Shown: piece after piece, positions 17,326-24,909 of the stretch
Position numbering within the stretch: the stretch's first letter is position 1
Layout: each line of letters begins with the position of its first letter
DNA from: Candidatus Buchananbacteria bacterium
GTDB taxonomy: Bacteria > Patescibacteriota > Patescibacteriia > 2-01-FULL-39-33
Direction of reading: 5' to 3'
Length of the DNA stretch: 28,842 nt
Assembly (NCBI GenBank): GCA_903907165.1
Contig: CAIVNC010000016.1
Coordinates: 1-28,842, forward strand
The notes under the pieces: model-generated
Databases searched by the model: none
What the model was told of the DNA's origin: nothing
What the model saw: the letters and a program-made list of their open reading frames with translations, nothing else
Made by a program: the position numbers and the translations under genes

Positions 17326-17354
17326 ATTATACACCACTTTTCATCACTGTTCAA
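17326..17354 (-). promoter_or_regulatory. mraZ promoter TTGAAC-17-TATAAT
   Basis: Minus strand: -35 at 17349-17354, -10 at 17326-17331, exact 17-nt spacer. Confidence 0.5.
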
Positions 17355-17386
17355 CACCTCGTCAACTATTTTTGATAAATAAAAAA

Positions 17387-17410
17387 AGCCCAAATTTAGG
17401 GCTTTTCTTG
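17387..17410 (-). terminator. Terminator/insulator upstream of the dcw promoter
   Basis: Minus strand: AAGCCC-uaaauuu-GGGCUU followed by UUUUUUUAUUU. Confidence 0.45.
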
Positions 17411-17459
17411 AACACAATTTTGAAACGGTGGATAAGTGGTGTAGAAATATGATTTAAAA

Positions 17460-17488
17460 TTGACAATAAACCTCTAATTCTATAAAAT
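17460..17488 (+). promoter_or_regulatory. Promoter TTGACA-17-TAAAAT for the 110-aa gene
   Basis: -35 at 17460-17465, -10 at 17483-17488. RBS AAGGAGG lies 8 nt before the ATG at 17532. Confidence 0.45.
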
Positions 17489-17531
17489 TCTGGCAGTACA
17501 GTTTCAAATATCCCAAAAGGAGGCGATCGCC

Positions 17532-17864
17532 ATGAAAAAGAAGGAAAAGAAAAGACAGATAATGGACATCGAGATTTACAACAGCATGATAGAAGGAGTA
17601 GTCATGAGATATGTCACCATTGCTCTCATGGCAATCGAACTCCCCGGCCTGGTCACCATCAAATATCACCGGACCAGTATGCATGAGAACTTTCATATCT
17701 ACACCAAGGAAAATCAGGCGGAAGAAGTCAGCATCTTCATCACCGTCAAGAGCGCTCCTGACTTTGACGCCAGCAAATTCGTCAAAGTTCTGAAAAAAGA
17801 AATCAAAAAGGACACCTCCTGCTCGTTTCACATCCAGGAAGAAAAAACGCTCTTTCTTTCCTGA
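17532..17864 (+). CDS. Hypothetical protein (110 aa), monocistronic and GC-enriched
   Basis: Strong RBS, own promoter and strong terminator. No family recognised. The overlapping minus-strand ORF 17454..17831 is judged spurious. Confidence 0.55.
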   Translation: MKKKEKKRQIMDIEIYNSMIEGVVMRYVTIALMAIELPGLVTIKYHRTSMHENFHIYTKENQAEEVSIFITVKSAPDFDASKFVKVLKKEIKKDTSCSFHIQEEKTLFLS

Positions 17865-17898
17865 ACGAGATCAGGCAAAACCAGCAACAAACCAAAAA

Positions 17899-17940
17899 CC
17901 AGTTAGGACAACATCTCCCAACTGGCTTTTTTATTTTATT
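17899..17940. terminator. Bidirectional terminator between convergent genes
   Basis: CCAGTTAGGA-caacatc-TCCCAACTGG (9/10 paired) followed by CTTTTTTATTTTATTT. Confidence 0.55.
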
Positions 17941-18346
17941 TCTTTTTCATTGTTATATTTGGCTCCCGACTATAAACTGGCATAACCGTCTCCCCTGCTT
18001 TTACCTTTTTTAATTTCTGAATTATCTTTTTTACCAAATCTTCATCATCTTTATATTCATCAAGCTTAATGCCAACAACTGGCAACTTGAGCGCATAAGC
18101 CATGGCATTGGCCGTCACCACGCCAATTCTTAGTGAAGTGAAGCCACCGGGACCGATCACGCAGCCGATTCCCTTGATTTGATCGACTTTAATTTTATTA
18201 TCCCTCAGAAGCTGATCTATTCCCTTGAGTAATAATTCCGACTGCTTCATCTTTGCCGACTTCCGCCAAAATTTAAAATCATCCTGATCTTTAATCAAGG
18301 CCAATTCAATTTCTTCGGGCAGGGCTGTATTTATTATAAGTATCAT
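17936..18346 (-). CDS. tsaB: tRNA threonylcarbamoyladenosine biosynthesis protein TsaB (YeaZ-like), short form of about 136 aa
   Basis: MILIINTALPEEIELALIKD...IKGIGCVIGPGGFTSLRIGVVTANAMAYALKLPVVGI. The ORF-track N-terminal extension runs through three hairpins and is rejected. Confidence 0.65.
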   Translation of the reverse strand: MILIINTALPEEIELALIKDQDDFKFWRKSAKMKQSELLLKGIDQLLRDNKIKVDQIKGIGCVIGPGGFTSLRIGVVTANAMAYALKLPVVGIKLDEYKDDEDLVKKIIQKLKKVKAGETVMPVYSREPNITMKKK

Positions 18347-18364
18347 ATTATTTGCATTTGTGTC

Positions 18365-18436
18365 ATTCCCGAGCCATCGGGAATCCAGATTAAAAATAAA
18401 ATAAAATTCCAATCTGGATCCCCGCATCCGCGAGGA
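18365..18436 (-). repeat. Three consecutive GC-rich stem-loops in the tsaB leader / intergenic region
   Basis: Minus strand: UCCUCGC-ggau-GCGGGGA (with one G-U pair), then AUCCAGAUU-(19-nt AU loop)-AAUCUGGAU, then AUUCCCGA-uggc-UCGGGAAU. Confidence 0.4.
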
Positions 18437-18448
18437 TGACAAACAGAA

Positions 18449-19057
18449 TTATAACGCTTTTTTACCGACTAAATTATCAATCAAAATAAAATTCTTAGTC
18501 TCAAACAAATCATAAAGGAATTTATCAGCCACATCGCGGCGATAACGGAACTCATCAAGAGAAAAAACCGCATAGTTTATCGGCTTGCCAAGTTCATGTT
18601 CAAACTCCTTGGCCAAGTCCTCAAGTTTGCTCATTTTTACTTCGCCAACCAGCAAGATATCTGCTGGTGCTCCGGTTACCCCAACAAAAGCTCCTGACAA
18701 CAAACAGAATTCAACTTTACCCAATTTCTTGATTTTTTCCAAAATTGGTCGATCTAATAATAAGTAACCCTTGATAACTAGCGATCGCAATTCTTCCAAA
18801 AAAACAAAATTCTGGTTTAATTTGTAATATTTTTTATTGTCTTTCAATTCCTTTTCTACTTCACGGCCCAAATCAACTTTATCATGAGAACTAACAATAC
18901 CAATTTTCTCTAGATGGCTCAATTCCCGGCGAATAGAGTTTAAGTGCGTGTCCAAACTTCTAGCTATTTCTCGAACAAAGAAAAAACTTTCCGGATTATT
19001 GAAAAAGAGGCGCAATAGCATTACCCTAGTTTTGGAACCAAAAAGTTGGTCGAGCAT
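18449..19057 (-). CDS. Putative winged-helix transcriptional regulator (202 aa)
   Basis: N-terminal HTH-like segment (VREIARSLDTHLNSIRRELSHLEKIGIV) resembling ArsR/MarR-type wHTH, followed by an uncharacterised C-terminal domain. Confidence 0.45.
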   Translation of the reverse strand: MLDQLFGSKTRVMLLRLFFNNPESFFFVREIARSLDTHLNSIRRELSHLEKIGIVSSHDKVDLGREVEKELKDNKKYYKLNQNFVFLEELRSLVIKGYLLLDRPILEKIKKLGKVEFCLLSGAFVGVTGAPADILLVGEVKMSKLEDLAKEFEHELGKPINYAVFSLDEFRYRRDVADKFLYDLFETKNFILIDNLVGKKAL

Positions 19058-19175
19058 AAAAAATTGGACTGAGTTATATAAAATATAGTATAATATTATA
19101 AACTAACTGTAAACCCCCGGCGATTATTCCTATCGCAGTTTTTTTCTTTTAAATAAGCTGAGAAGTGAATCAACT

Positions 19176-21557
19176 ATGGAAAAATTTTACCCAAGATTAA
19201 ACAAATTAATTCTGGAAACGGGAGCCGATGAGGCCATTGGCGGTGCCATGATTGCCAAATCAGACGCTAAATCCGAAGAAAAGCTAGGTCTTATTTTTAG
19301 CATAATTGATATAAGAGGCGTTGACGATTTTTTCTGCGAGAATTTCATAGAGATTATCAATGACCTAAAAACCGAATATTATCTTCCCCCGATTGAAGCT
19401 GAATATGGGGTCGAAAAAAGGTTTGAAGAATGTCTCCAGCGCGCTAATCGTCGCATCCACAAGTTAATTGCCCAATCTATTAACGTTATCGACCTTCGTG
19501 GCATCAACGCTCTGATCGGCTTAGTTTACCGTAACAGAATTTATCTCAGTCATTCCGGCAAAATGGGAGCTTACCTATTTCACAAAAAAGTTAAAGGCGA
19601 CTTTGCCACCGTCGATATTATCGGACCAAATGCCGGACGCATCAAGCCAGACCAAGAAAAAATCTTTGGCAATATTGTCAGTGGTGAAATCACCACCAAA
19701 GATAATCTATTTTTCTGCAATTCAGTTTTATTGCAATATTTCTCAGCTAGCAATCTTTGCCGCATCGTCGGTGAAAACCAGCTTTTTGAAGCTATGGATC
19801 TTATTCGCAATAGATTAGAAGATCGCGAAGCTAGGGATAAATTTTATGCTGTCGTTTCTCAACTTCAGGTTTTTGAGGATATTCCTTCGGCCTCTGAAAT
19901 TATTTCCTCAAACAAAGCCTCTGAGCTTCATGCCAAACCAGAAAAATCCATTAACAATCTTATTAATACTCAGCAAAAGACTGAGAAATATCTCACTCCC
20001 TCTACCCTACCTAACTGGCAGAAGTTTTTGTTACTACTCGCTCGCGGCCTCAAAACATTAATCACTTGGATCATAAAATACGGTTGGATTGGTGCTCAAA
20101 AAGCAGCTGAAGGTATTATTTTCGGCTCAAAATTTATAGCACAAAAGATTTCCGCATATTTTGAAAAAAGAAAGAAACGCCAAACCCTACTTGCCGGCGT
20201 AACCGAAACCAAAGTTTCACTTGACGAAGATAAAGATGGCGAACAAATTTTAACTATCAAGAAAGAAACAGTAGCGATTATTTCCGAGGAGCCATTACCT
20301 AAAACTGAAAACGTCCAAGAAACCAAACAACAAGCCGAGCCAAAGAAGGATCGAAAAGAAATCGCGGAACAATATACCAGAACCACAACCTCAGAAATTA
20401 ATCGCCATGGCATTAAACCTCAAGTCAGCCATTGGCTCAATAAACAAATCGGCGGATTTATCAGCCTAAATATTTGGCAAAAGATTTTGGTAGTTAGTGC
20501 TTTTGTTCTTTTCTTCTTCTTTTCTCAAAGCATTGTCCTTAACAGTCAAAAAACTAGCCGCGATGTCAACATTAACGACGTCCAAACTATCGTCAAGCAA
20601 GCCAATGAATATTTGAACAAGGCCGAAGCTCAAAACATTTTTAACGATGAAACCGGTGCTAAATCCTCTATCGCCTCCGCCACCACCGAGATGGCGAAGA
20701 TCCCGGCTAAAAAACAATATGAGAGCGACATCCAAGCTATTCAAAAAAGAATCGATGATTTAAATCATTCTTTAGAAAAGGTTACCTATCTGGATAACCC
20801 AGCAGTCATTGCTGATCTTGGAAATACTAGCGCTCAAGCTCAAGCCGTTGGCCTAGCCAAAATTGGCACTCAGCTTTTCTCTTTTGATAATCAAAATCAT
20901 CAACTCGACATTATTGACCAAGCCAAAAAACAAACCATTACCGTGCCAGTTGACCCATCCATCGGCCAAGTCAGAAAGGTTGTCACCATGAGCGACAAAT
21001 CAATTGCTTTACTTAACGATAAAAATGAAATTTATCAATATGCTCTTGGAGCCAGTACCACCAAATCTTTAGCGGTAGGCGCTAACGTCAAAGATATTGA
21101 AAGCTATGGTGGCAAACTTTATATTCTGCAAGACAATAAAGTTACCAAAAATATCGCCACTAAAGACGGCTTCAACTCTGGCAGCAGTTGGATCAAGGGC
21201 AATCCAGATTTAACCAAATCCATCTCTATTGCGGTCGGCGATGGAGTTTACCTTGGTCAAACCAACGGCCAAATCAGCTTCTATAATTCTGGCTCATTGG
21301 CCAATTTCAAGGTCTCCACAATCAATCCAGTGCTTTCCTCCCCTGCTCAAATTTATACCAATCTGGATTCACTCTATGTCTACGTCCTAGATCCTCAAAA
21401 CCAAAGAGTGGTAATCTTTGACAAACAAGGCAATCTAAAAACCCAATACACATCAAAGTTATTCACTGGCCTCAAATCCATGGCTCTATCCGAGCGCGAC
21501 AAAAAAATCTACGTCTTGTCGGATAATAAAGTTTACGCGATTGATATTACATTCTAA
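19176..21557 (+). CDS. Large membrane protein (793 aa): cytoplasmic N-terminal PP2C/SpoIIE-like region, one TM segment, extracytoplasmic repeat/beta-propeller-like C-terminal domain
   Basis: N-terminal patterns IYLSHSGKMGAYLF and DNLFFCNSVLLQYF are reminiscent of PP2C motifs; catalytic Asp residues were not verified. TM segment ILVVSAFVLFFFF around residue 430. C-terminal repeated KLYILQDNKV / KIYVLSDNKVYAI strands. Confidence 0.6.
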   Translation: MEKFYPRLNKLILETGADEAIGGAMIAKSDAKSEEKLGLIFSIIDIRGVDDFFCENFIEIINDLKTEYYLPPIEAEYGVEKRFEECLQRANRRIHKLIAQSINVIDLRGINALIGLVYRNRIYLSHSGKMGAYLFHKKVKGDFATVDIIGPNAGRIKPDQEKIFGNIVSGEITTKDNLFFCNSVLLQYFSASNLCRIVGENQLFEAMDLIRNRLEDREARDKFYAVVSQLQVFEDIPSASEIISSNKASELHAKPEKSINNLINTQQKTEKYLTPSTLPNWQKFLLLLARGLKTLITWIIKYGWIGAQKAAEGIIFGSKFIAQKISAYFEKRKKRQTLLAGVTETKVSLDEDKDGEQILTIKKETVAIISEEPLPKTENVQETKQQAEPKKDRKEIAEQYTRTTTSEINRHGIKPQVSHWLNKQIGGFISLNIWQKILVVSAFVLFFFFSQSIVLNSQKTSRDVNINDVQTIVKQANEYLNKAEAQNIFNDETGAKSSIASATTEMAKIPAKKQYESDIQAIQKRIDDLNHSLEKVTYLDNPAVIADLGNTSAQAQAVGLAKIGTQLFSFDNQNHQLDIIDQAKKQTITVPVDPSIGQVRKVVTMSDKSIALLNDKNEIYQYALGASTTKSLAVGANVKDIESYGGKLYILQDNKVTKNIATKDGFNSGSSWIKGNPDLTKSISIAVGDGVYLGQTNGQISFYNSGSLANFKVSTINPVLSSPAQIYTNLDSLYVYVLDPQNQRVVIFDKQGNLKTQYTSKLFTGLKSMALSERDKKIYVLSDNKVYAIDITF

Positions 21558-21569
21558 GGATAACAAAAA

Positions 21570-21606
21570 AACAACCTCGACTTTCATCGAGGTTGTTTTT
21601 ATTTTG
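21570..21606. terminator. Bidirectional terminator
   Basis: AACAACCTCGA-ctttca-TCGAGGTTGTT followed by TTTTATTTTG, with an A-run on the other side. Confidence 0.6.
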
Positions 21607-21613
21607 AAATATA

Positions 21614-22015
21614 TTATTTCAAGACGACACTTCCACCAGCTTCTTCCAATTCTTTCTTAATCTTTTCAGCTTCTTCTTTCTTTACGCCTTCTTTGACGAT
21701 CTTTGGAGCAGCGTCAACTAAATCTTTAGCTTCTTTTAAGCCTAAGGCAGTGATAGTTCTGACAACTTTGATGACAGCAATTTTGTTGGCACCGGAAGCA
21801 GTCAATTCGATATCAAAGCTATCTTTAGCTTCGACAGCTTCAGCAGGAGCGGCAGCAACAGCTGCGGCAGCCATAGGAGCAGATGCGGAAACACCAAACT
21901 TTTCTTCCAAAACCTTAACTAATTCGGATAAATCCAAAACGCTAAGCTTTTCGATTTGTTCAACAAGAGATTTAAATTTCTCTGGAACAATGACTTCTGT
22001 TTTTTCTTCTGACAT
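21614..22015 (-). CDS. rplL: 50S ribosomal protein L7/L12
   Basis: Ala-rich hinge ([11 protein letters not shown]) and a conserved C-terminal domain ([24 protein letters not shown]). 133 aa. Confidence 0.95.
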   Translation of the reverse strand: MSEEKTEVIVPEKFKSLVEQIEKLSVLDLSELVKVLEEKFGVSASAPMAAAAVAAAPAEAVEAKDSFDIELTASGANKIAVIKVVRTITALGLKEAKDLVDAAPKIVKEGVKKEEAEKIKKELEEAGGSVVLK

Positions 22016-22052
22016 AGTTTTGTAATTAATTATTTTAAAAAATTATTTTTAA

Positions 22053-22565
22053 TTAAGACTTCTTTTCTTTAATGGCATTCAAGGTGTAAACTAAACATCT
22101 TAAATTGCCTTGAAGCACATTGACGAATCCTGACAATGGAGAAGCGATTGATCCGACGACCTTGGCCAGCAACTCTTGCTTGGATGGCAATCTGGACAAT
22201 GCCTTGACTTTATCAGCTGTGATAAACTGTCCCTCGAGCACACCGCCGACAATCTTGGCTTTATCATGGGTCTTGGCAAAAGCAGCGATGACCTTGGCTG
22301 GAGCAACTTCGTCTTGGCGTCCGAATAGGACAGCAACTTCTCCACTTAGATCAGCATCGTAGCCTTTTTCAGCCAAAACTTTTTTGAGTAAAGTTTTCTT
22401 GGCGACTTTGTAACCGATGTTTTCTTTACGGCAATCATTTCTTAACAAATTGATTTCCTTAACTGGCAAACCGAAGTAGTTAAAAAATACTGCAGACTTC
22501 ATTCCATTAACCTCTTCCTGCAAGGAAGAAACGATGGATTCTTTTTGTGTTCTTGTTTTTGGCAT
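22053..22565 (-). CDS. rplJ: 50S ribosomal protein L10
   Basis: MPKTRTQKESIVSSLQEEV... typical L10 N-terminus. The start is taken at the second Met (22565) rather than the ORF-track 22598. rplJ-rplL order. Confidence 0.85.
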   Translation of the reverse strand: MPKTRTQKESIVSSLQEEVNGMKSAVFFNYFGLPVKEINLLRNDCRKENIGYKVAKKTLLKKVLAEKGYDADLSGEVAVLFGRQDEVAPAKVIAAFAKTHDKAKIVGGVLEGQFITADKVKALSRLPSKQELLAKVVGSIASPLSGFVNVLQGNLRCLVYTLNAIKEKKS

Positions 22566-22690
22566 AAAATAAAAAAATCTGCGTTTTTCCGCAGACAATC
22601 TAAAGTGACTTGGTAGTCATTTTTGATCTCCTCGGCAAGGAATTAAGCCTCTCGGCACTTGCTGTCTGTGGAAAACCTATACTTATTAAA
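22566..22690 (-). promoter_or_regulatory. rplJ 5' leader with L10-leader-like stems and a terminator-type attenuator hairpin abutting the start codon
   Basis: Minus strand: GCAAG-[GCC-gaga-GGC...]-CUUGC stems, then UCUGCG-gaaaaa-CGCAGA followed by UUUUUUUAUUUU-AUG. Ribosomal L10 operons are known to be autoregulated through such leaders. Confidence 0.45.
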
Positions 22691-22692
22691 TT

Positions 22693-22720
22693 TGATGTGT
22701 TTATTATAGCAAATCTGACA
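22693..22720 (-). promoter_or_regulatory. rplJ promoter TTGACT-16-TATAAT
   Basis: Minus strand: -35 at 22715-22720, -10 at 22693-22698. Confidence 0.5.
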
Positions 22721-22818
22721 GATAAGTCAAGATCTACGCTGTCAATTTATATTTTTTGTTTAAATTTAGGTAAATTACGACAAAAACTTGACTTTTTTGC
22801 TCCAACTAGCTGTCCCAA

Positions 22819-22847
22819 TTGACAAAAATCAAATTATTCAATATAAT
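22819..22847 (+). promoter_or_regulatory. Perfect consensus promoter TTGACA-17-TATAAT
   Basis: -35 at 22819-22824, -10 at 22842-22847. It drives the two small genes at 22901 and 23247. Confidence 0.55.
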
Positions 22848-22900
22848 CTAATTTGTTTCAAAGGTTCTTTATCAACCCACAACAAACAAGGAGAAAGATC

Positions 22901-23233
22901 ATGAATCGCGACGATTATGGTATTTATGGTATTCTTGTGGCAGGAGTTGCCTTCGTTATAATCAGTTTTGCAAGTTTCAGTCCAAAAGAGCCGCATAACA
23001 TCCTCGACTTTTTTGACTGCATTATCGAACTTTTCACTCCCGAACCAGCCAGCGCAAACGCCGAAAACAAATCGGTCAAGCTAGAGTCTGAGCCCAAAAG
23101 CGACGATCGCGTCACTACGCCGACCACCAAACCTGCTCGGCCGCTCGTCTTCACTGACAAAAAAGGAATGGTTTACGAAGTCCATCTGCCGGACATTAAG
23201 ATTGTGCGATCAGAAAAAGACATTCCAAAATAG
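22901..23233 (+). CDS. Hypothetical small membrane protein (110 aa)
   Basis: RBS AAGGAGAAAGATC before the ATG. N-terminal TM segment (GILVAGVAFVIISFASF), a Pro/Thr-rich linker and a small C-terminal domain. The ORF-track start at 22853 lies upstream of the RBS. Confidence 0.55.
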   Translation: MNRDDYGIYGILVAGVAFVIISFASFSPKEPHNILDFFDCIIELFTPEPASANAENKSVKLESEPKSDDRVTTPTTKPARPLVFTDKKGMVYEVHLPDIKIVRSEKDIPK

Positions 23234-23246
23234 GGAGAGAAAGATC

Positions 23247-23759
23247 ATGAAAAAATTCATCAACGCCATTCGTAGCGTCTGGTTGGATACTGGTTTGCGG
23301 AAAAGTATCCAAAAAACTGCCTTGAAGTTGTTTATACTTACCATGATCATCCTTGCCATGTGCTTCGCTTGCAAAGCTTGCTCATCCGGCATGGAAGAAG
23401 CCATGAATCGACACGAGGCAGAGAAGGCTGCCAAAAACAAACGAGTGGTGCAGGAAGCTGAGCAAAAAATTCCGGCCAGTATTCGATCAACAGTCACCAT
23501 TGGAAATTACAGCTTCATTCCACTTTCCATAAGTGACAACCAAGATGTTGATGTCGACAGAAAAATCGACTACACGCTGGTGATAAAAGCCATGGATCAG
23601 TTCACTAAAAATCATCCGGAACTGGAGATTAAACAGTGGGCACCACAGATGGACTATCACGCCAGATACGGTGGTCAGAATAACATAGAATTCTGCCAAA
23701 AAGTCCGCGGAATTTATGTCACCCACTCTCCAACGAGCATGACTCTGGAAAAAAGATAA
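23247..23759 (+). CDS. Hypothetical secreted or membrane-anchored protein (170 aa)
   Basis: RBS GGGAGAGAAAGATC before the ATG, near-identical to the upstream gene's context. N-terminal signal/anchor with a Cys cluster (LAMCFACKACSSG). Confidence 0.55.
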   Translation: MKKFINAIRSVWLDTGLRKSIQKTALKLFILTMIILAMCFACKACSSGMEEAMNRHEAEKAAKNKRVVQEAEQKIPASIRSTVTIGNYSFIPLSISDNQDVDVDRKIDYTLVIKAMDQFTKNHPELEIKQWAPQMDYHARYGGQNNIEFCQKVRGIYVTHSPTSMTLEKR

Positions 23760-23782
23760 TTGCTCCCCCGCTTCAAAAAAGC

Positions 23783-23820
23783 AAAACCGACCAAGAAGTT
23801 ATTGGCCGGTTTTTTATTTT
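23783..23820. terminator. Bidirectional terminator
   Basis: AACCGACCAA-gaagtta-TTGGCCGGTT (9/10 paired) followed by TTTTTATTTT, with an A-run on the opposite side. Confidence 0.55.
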
Positions 23821-23825
23821 CAATT

Positions 23826-24836
23826 TTAATCCAAATATTTCCTAACGTTCTGCAAATGTTCATCATAAGTCTTACCATAATAAATCTGACCCGTCTTCAA
23901 ATCATTAATGAAATAATAATAAGGATTTTTGGTCGGATAAATTGCTGCCGTAATCGCATCAAGCCCTGGATTATTAATCGGCCCAGGAGGCAAGCCGCGA
24001 TATTTATAAGTATTGTAAAGAGAATCATTAGCCAAGTCCTGAGTACTGGGTCGCATTTCGCTTTTGCCGGTCACATAATTAACCGTAGCATCAGAGCCAA
24101 GAGCAATACCAGCCGTGATTCTTTTCCAAAAGATATCCGAGACCATTTTCTTGTCCGTGGCTGATTTGGCTTCCCGCTCCAGAATAGACGCCATAGTCAC
24201 AATTTCAAAAAGACTCTTTTTTTGAGACTTGATGTCTTGCCTCATTTGAGCAGTGATTTTGTGATCAAAATTATCTAACATTTTTTTGACAATATCGTCA
24301 GCCGTAGCATTTTTGAAAATCCGATAAGTATCAGGAAACAAATAACCTTCAAGCGTACTGCCCTTAGCATCGGCCAAAAAATCATATTGCGATTTCCATT
24401 TGGCAGTTTTTGCCGTTGCCAAAAAATCTGCTTTTTTGACAATTCCTTGATTGCTCAAATAATCGGCCATATCGCTAATTTTCCAACCTTCAATAATCGT
24501 AATGACATTTTCCTGATCAACACTAGCCTTAGAGGTCAAAGCTAGAGCTACTTCTTTAATGCTCATACTGCCAGATAATTGATGTTCGCCGGCAATAAAT
24601 TTACTATCCAAACTCTTAAATTTGGCATAATATTTAAAGATAGTTGGACTTTTGATAATCCCCTGACTTTTTAAATCGCTGGCCATTTGAGAAACTGATT
24701 CGCCGCTTGTTACTTTAAAATAATAAGTTTTTCCTGGATTTGAGCCGGCCGCTGAAGCGCCATGAAAAAAATACCATCCCGTCGCTCCACCGACTAGAAC
24801 TATCACTATAATCAATTTAGCCAAAAATTTAGTCAT
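23826..24836 (-). CDS. mltG: Endolytic murein transglycosylase MltG (YceG family)
   Basis: N-terminal TM segment and a YceG-like domain with the RGLPPGPINNPG motif. 336 aa. Confidence 0.85.
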   Translation of the reverse strand: MTKFLAKLIIVIVLVGGATGWYFFHGASAAGSNPGKTYYFKVTSGESVSQMASDLKSQGIIKSPTIFKYYAKFKSLDSKFIAGEHQLSGSMSIKEVALALTSKASVDQENVITIIEGWKISDMADYLSNQGIVKKADFLATAKTAKWKSQYDFLADAKGSTLEGYLFPDTYRIFKNATADDIVKKMLDNFDHKITAQMRQDIKSQKKSLFEIVTMASILEREAKSATDKKMVSDIFWKRITAGIALGSDATVNYVTGKSEMRPSTQDLANDSLYNTYKYRGLPPGPINNPGLDAITAAIYPTKNPYYYFINDLKTGQIYYGKTYDEHLQNVRKYLD

Positions 24837-24909
24837 AAAAATTTAATATTATTTTACTTAATTATAACTGCTAATTAATCAAGGAGCAAGTTTGTGTTAT
24901 AATTAAGCT

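Noticed and set aside
17454-17831. 125-aa minus-strand ORF overlapping the 110-aa plus-strand gene
   Set aside because: It has no RBS or promoter. The plus-strand frame has a strong AAGGAGG site, a promoter and a terminator. The minus ORF is an antisense shadow in a GC-enriched stretch.
17936-18442. 168-aa ORF-track version of tsaB beginning MSSSRMRG
   Set aside because: The extension reads through three consecutive GC-rich hairpins and has a non-protein-like composition. The conserved TsaB N-terminus MILIINTA begins at 18346.
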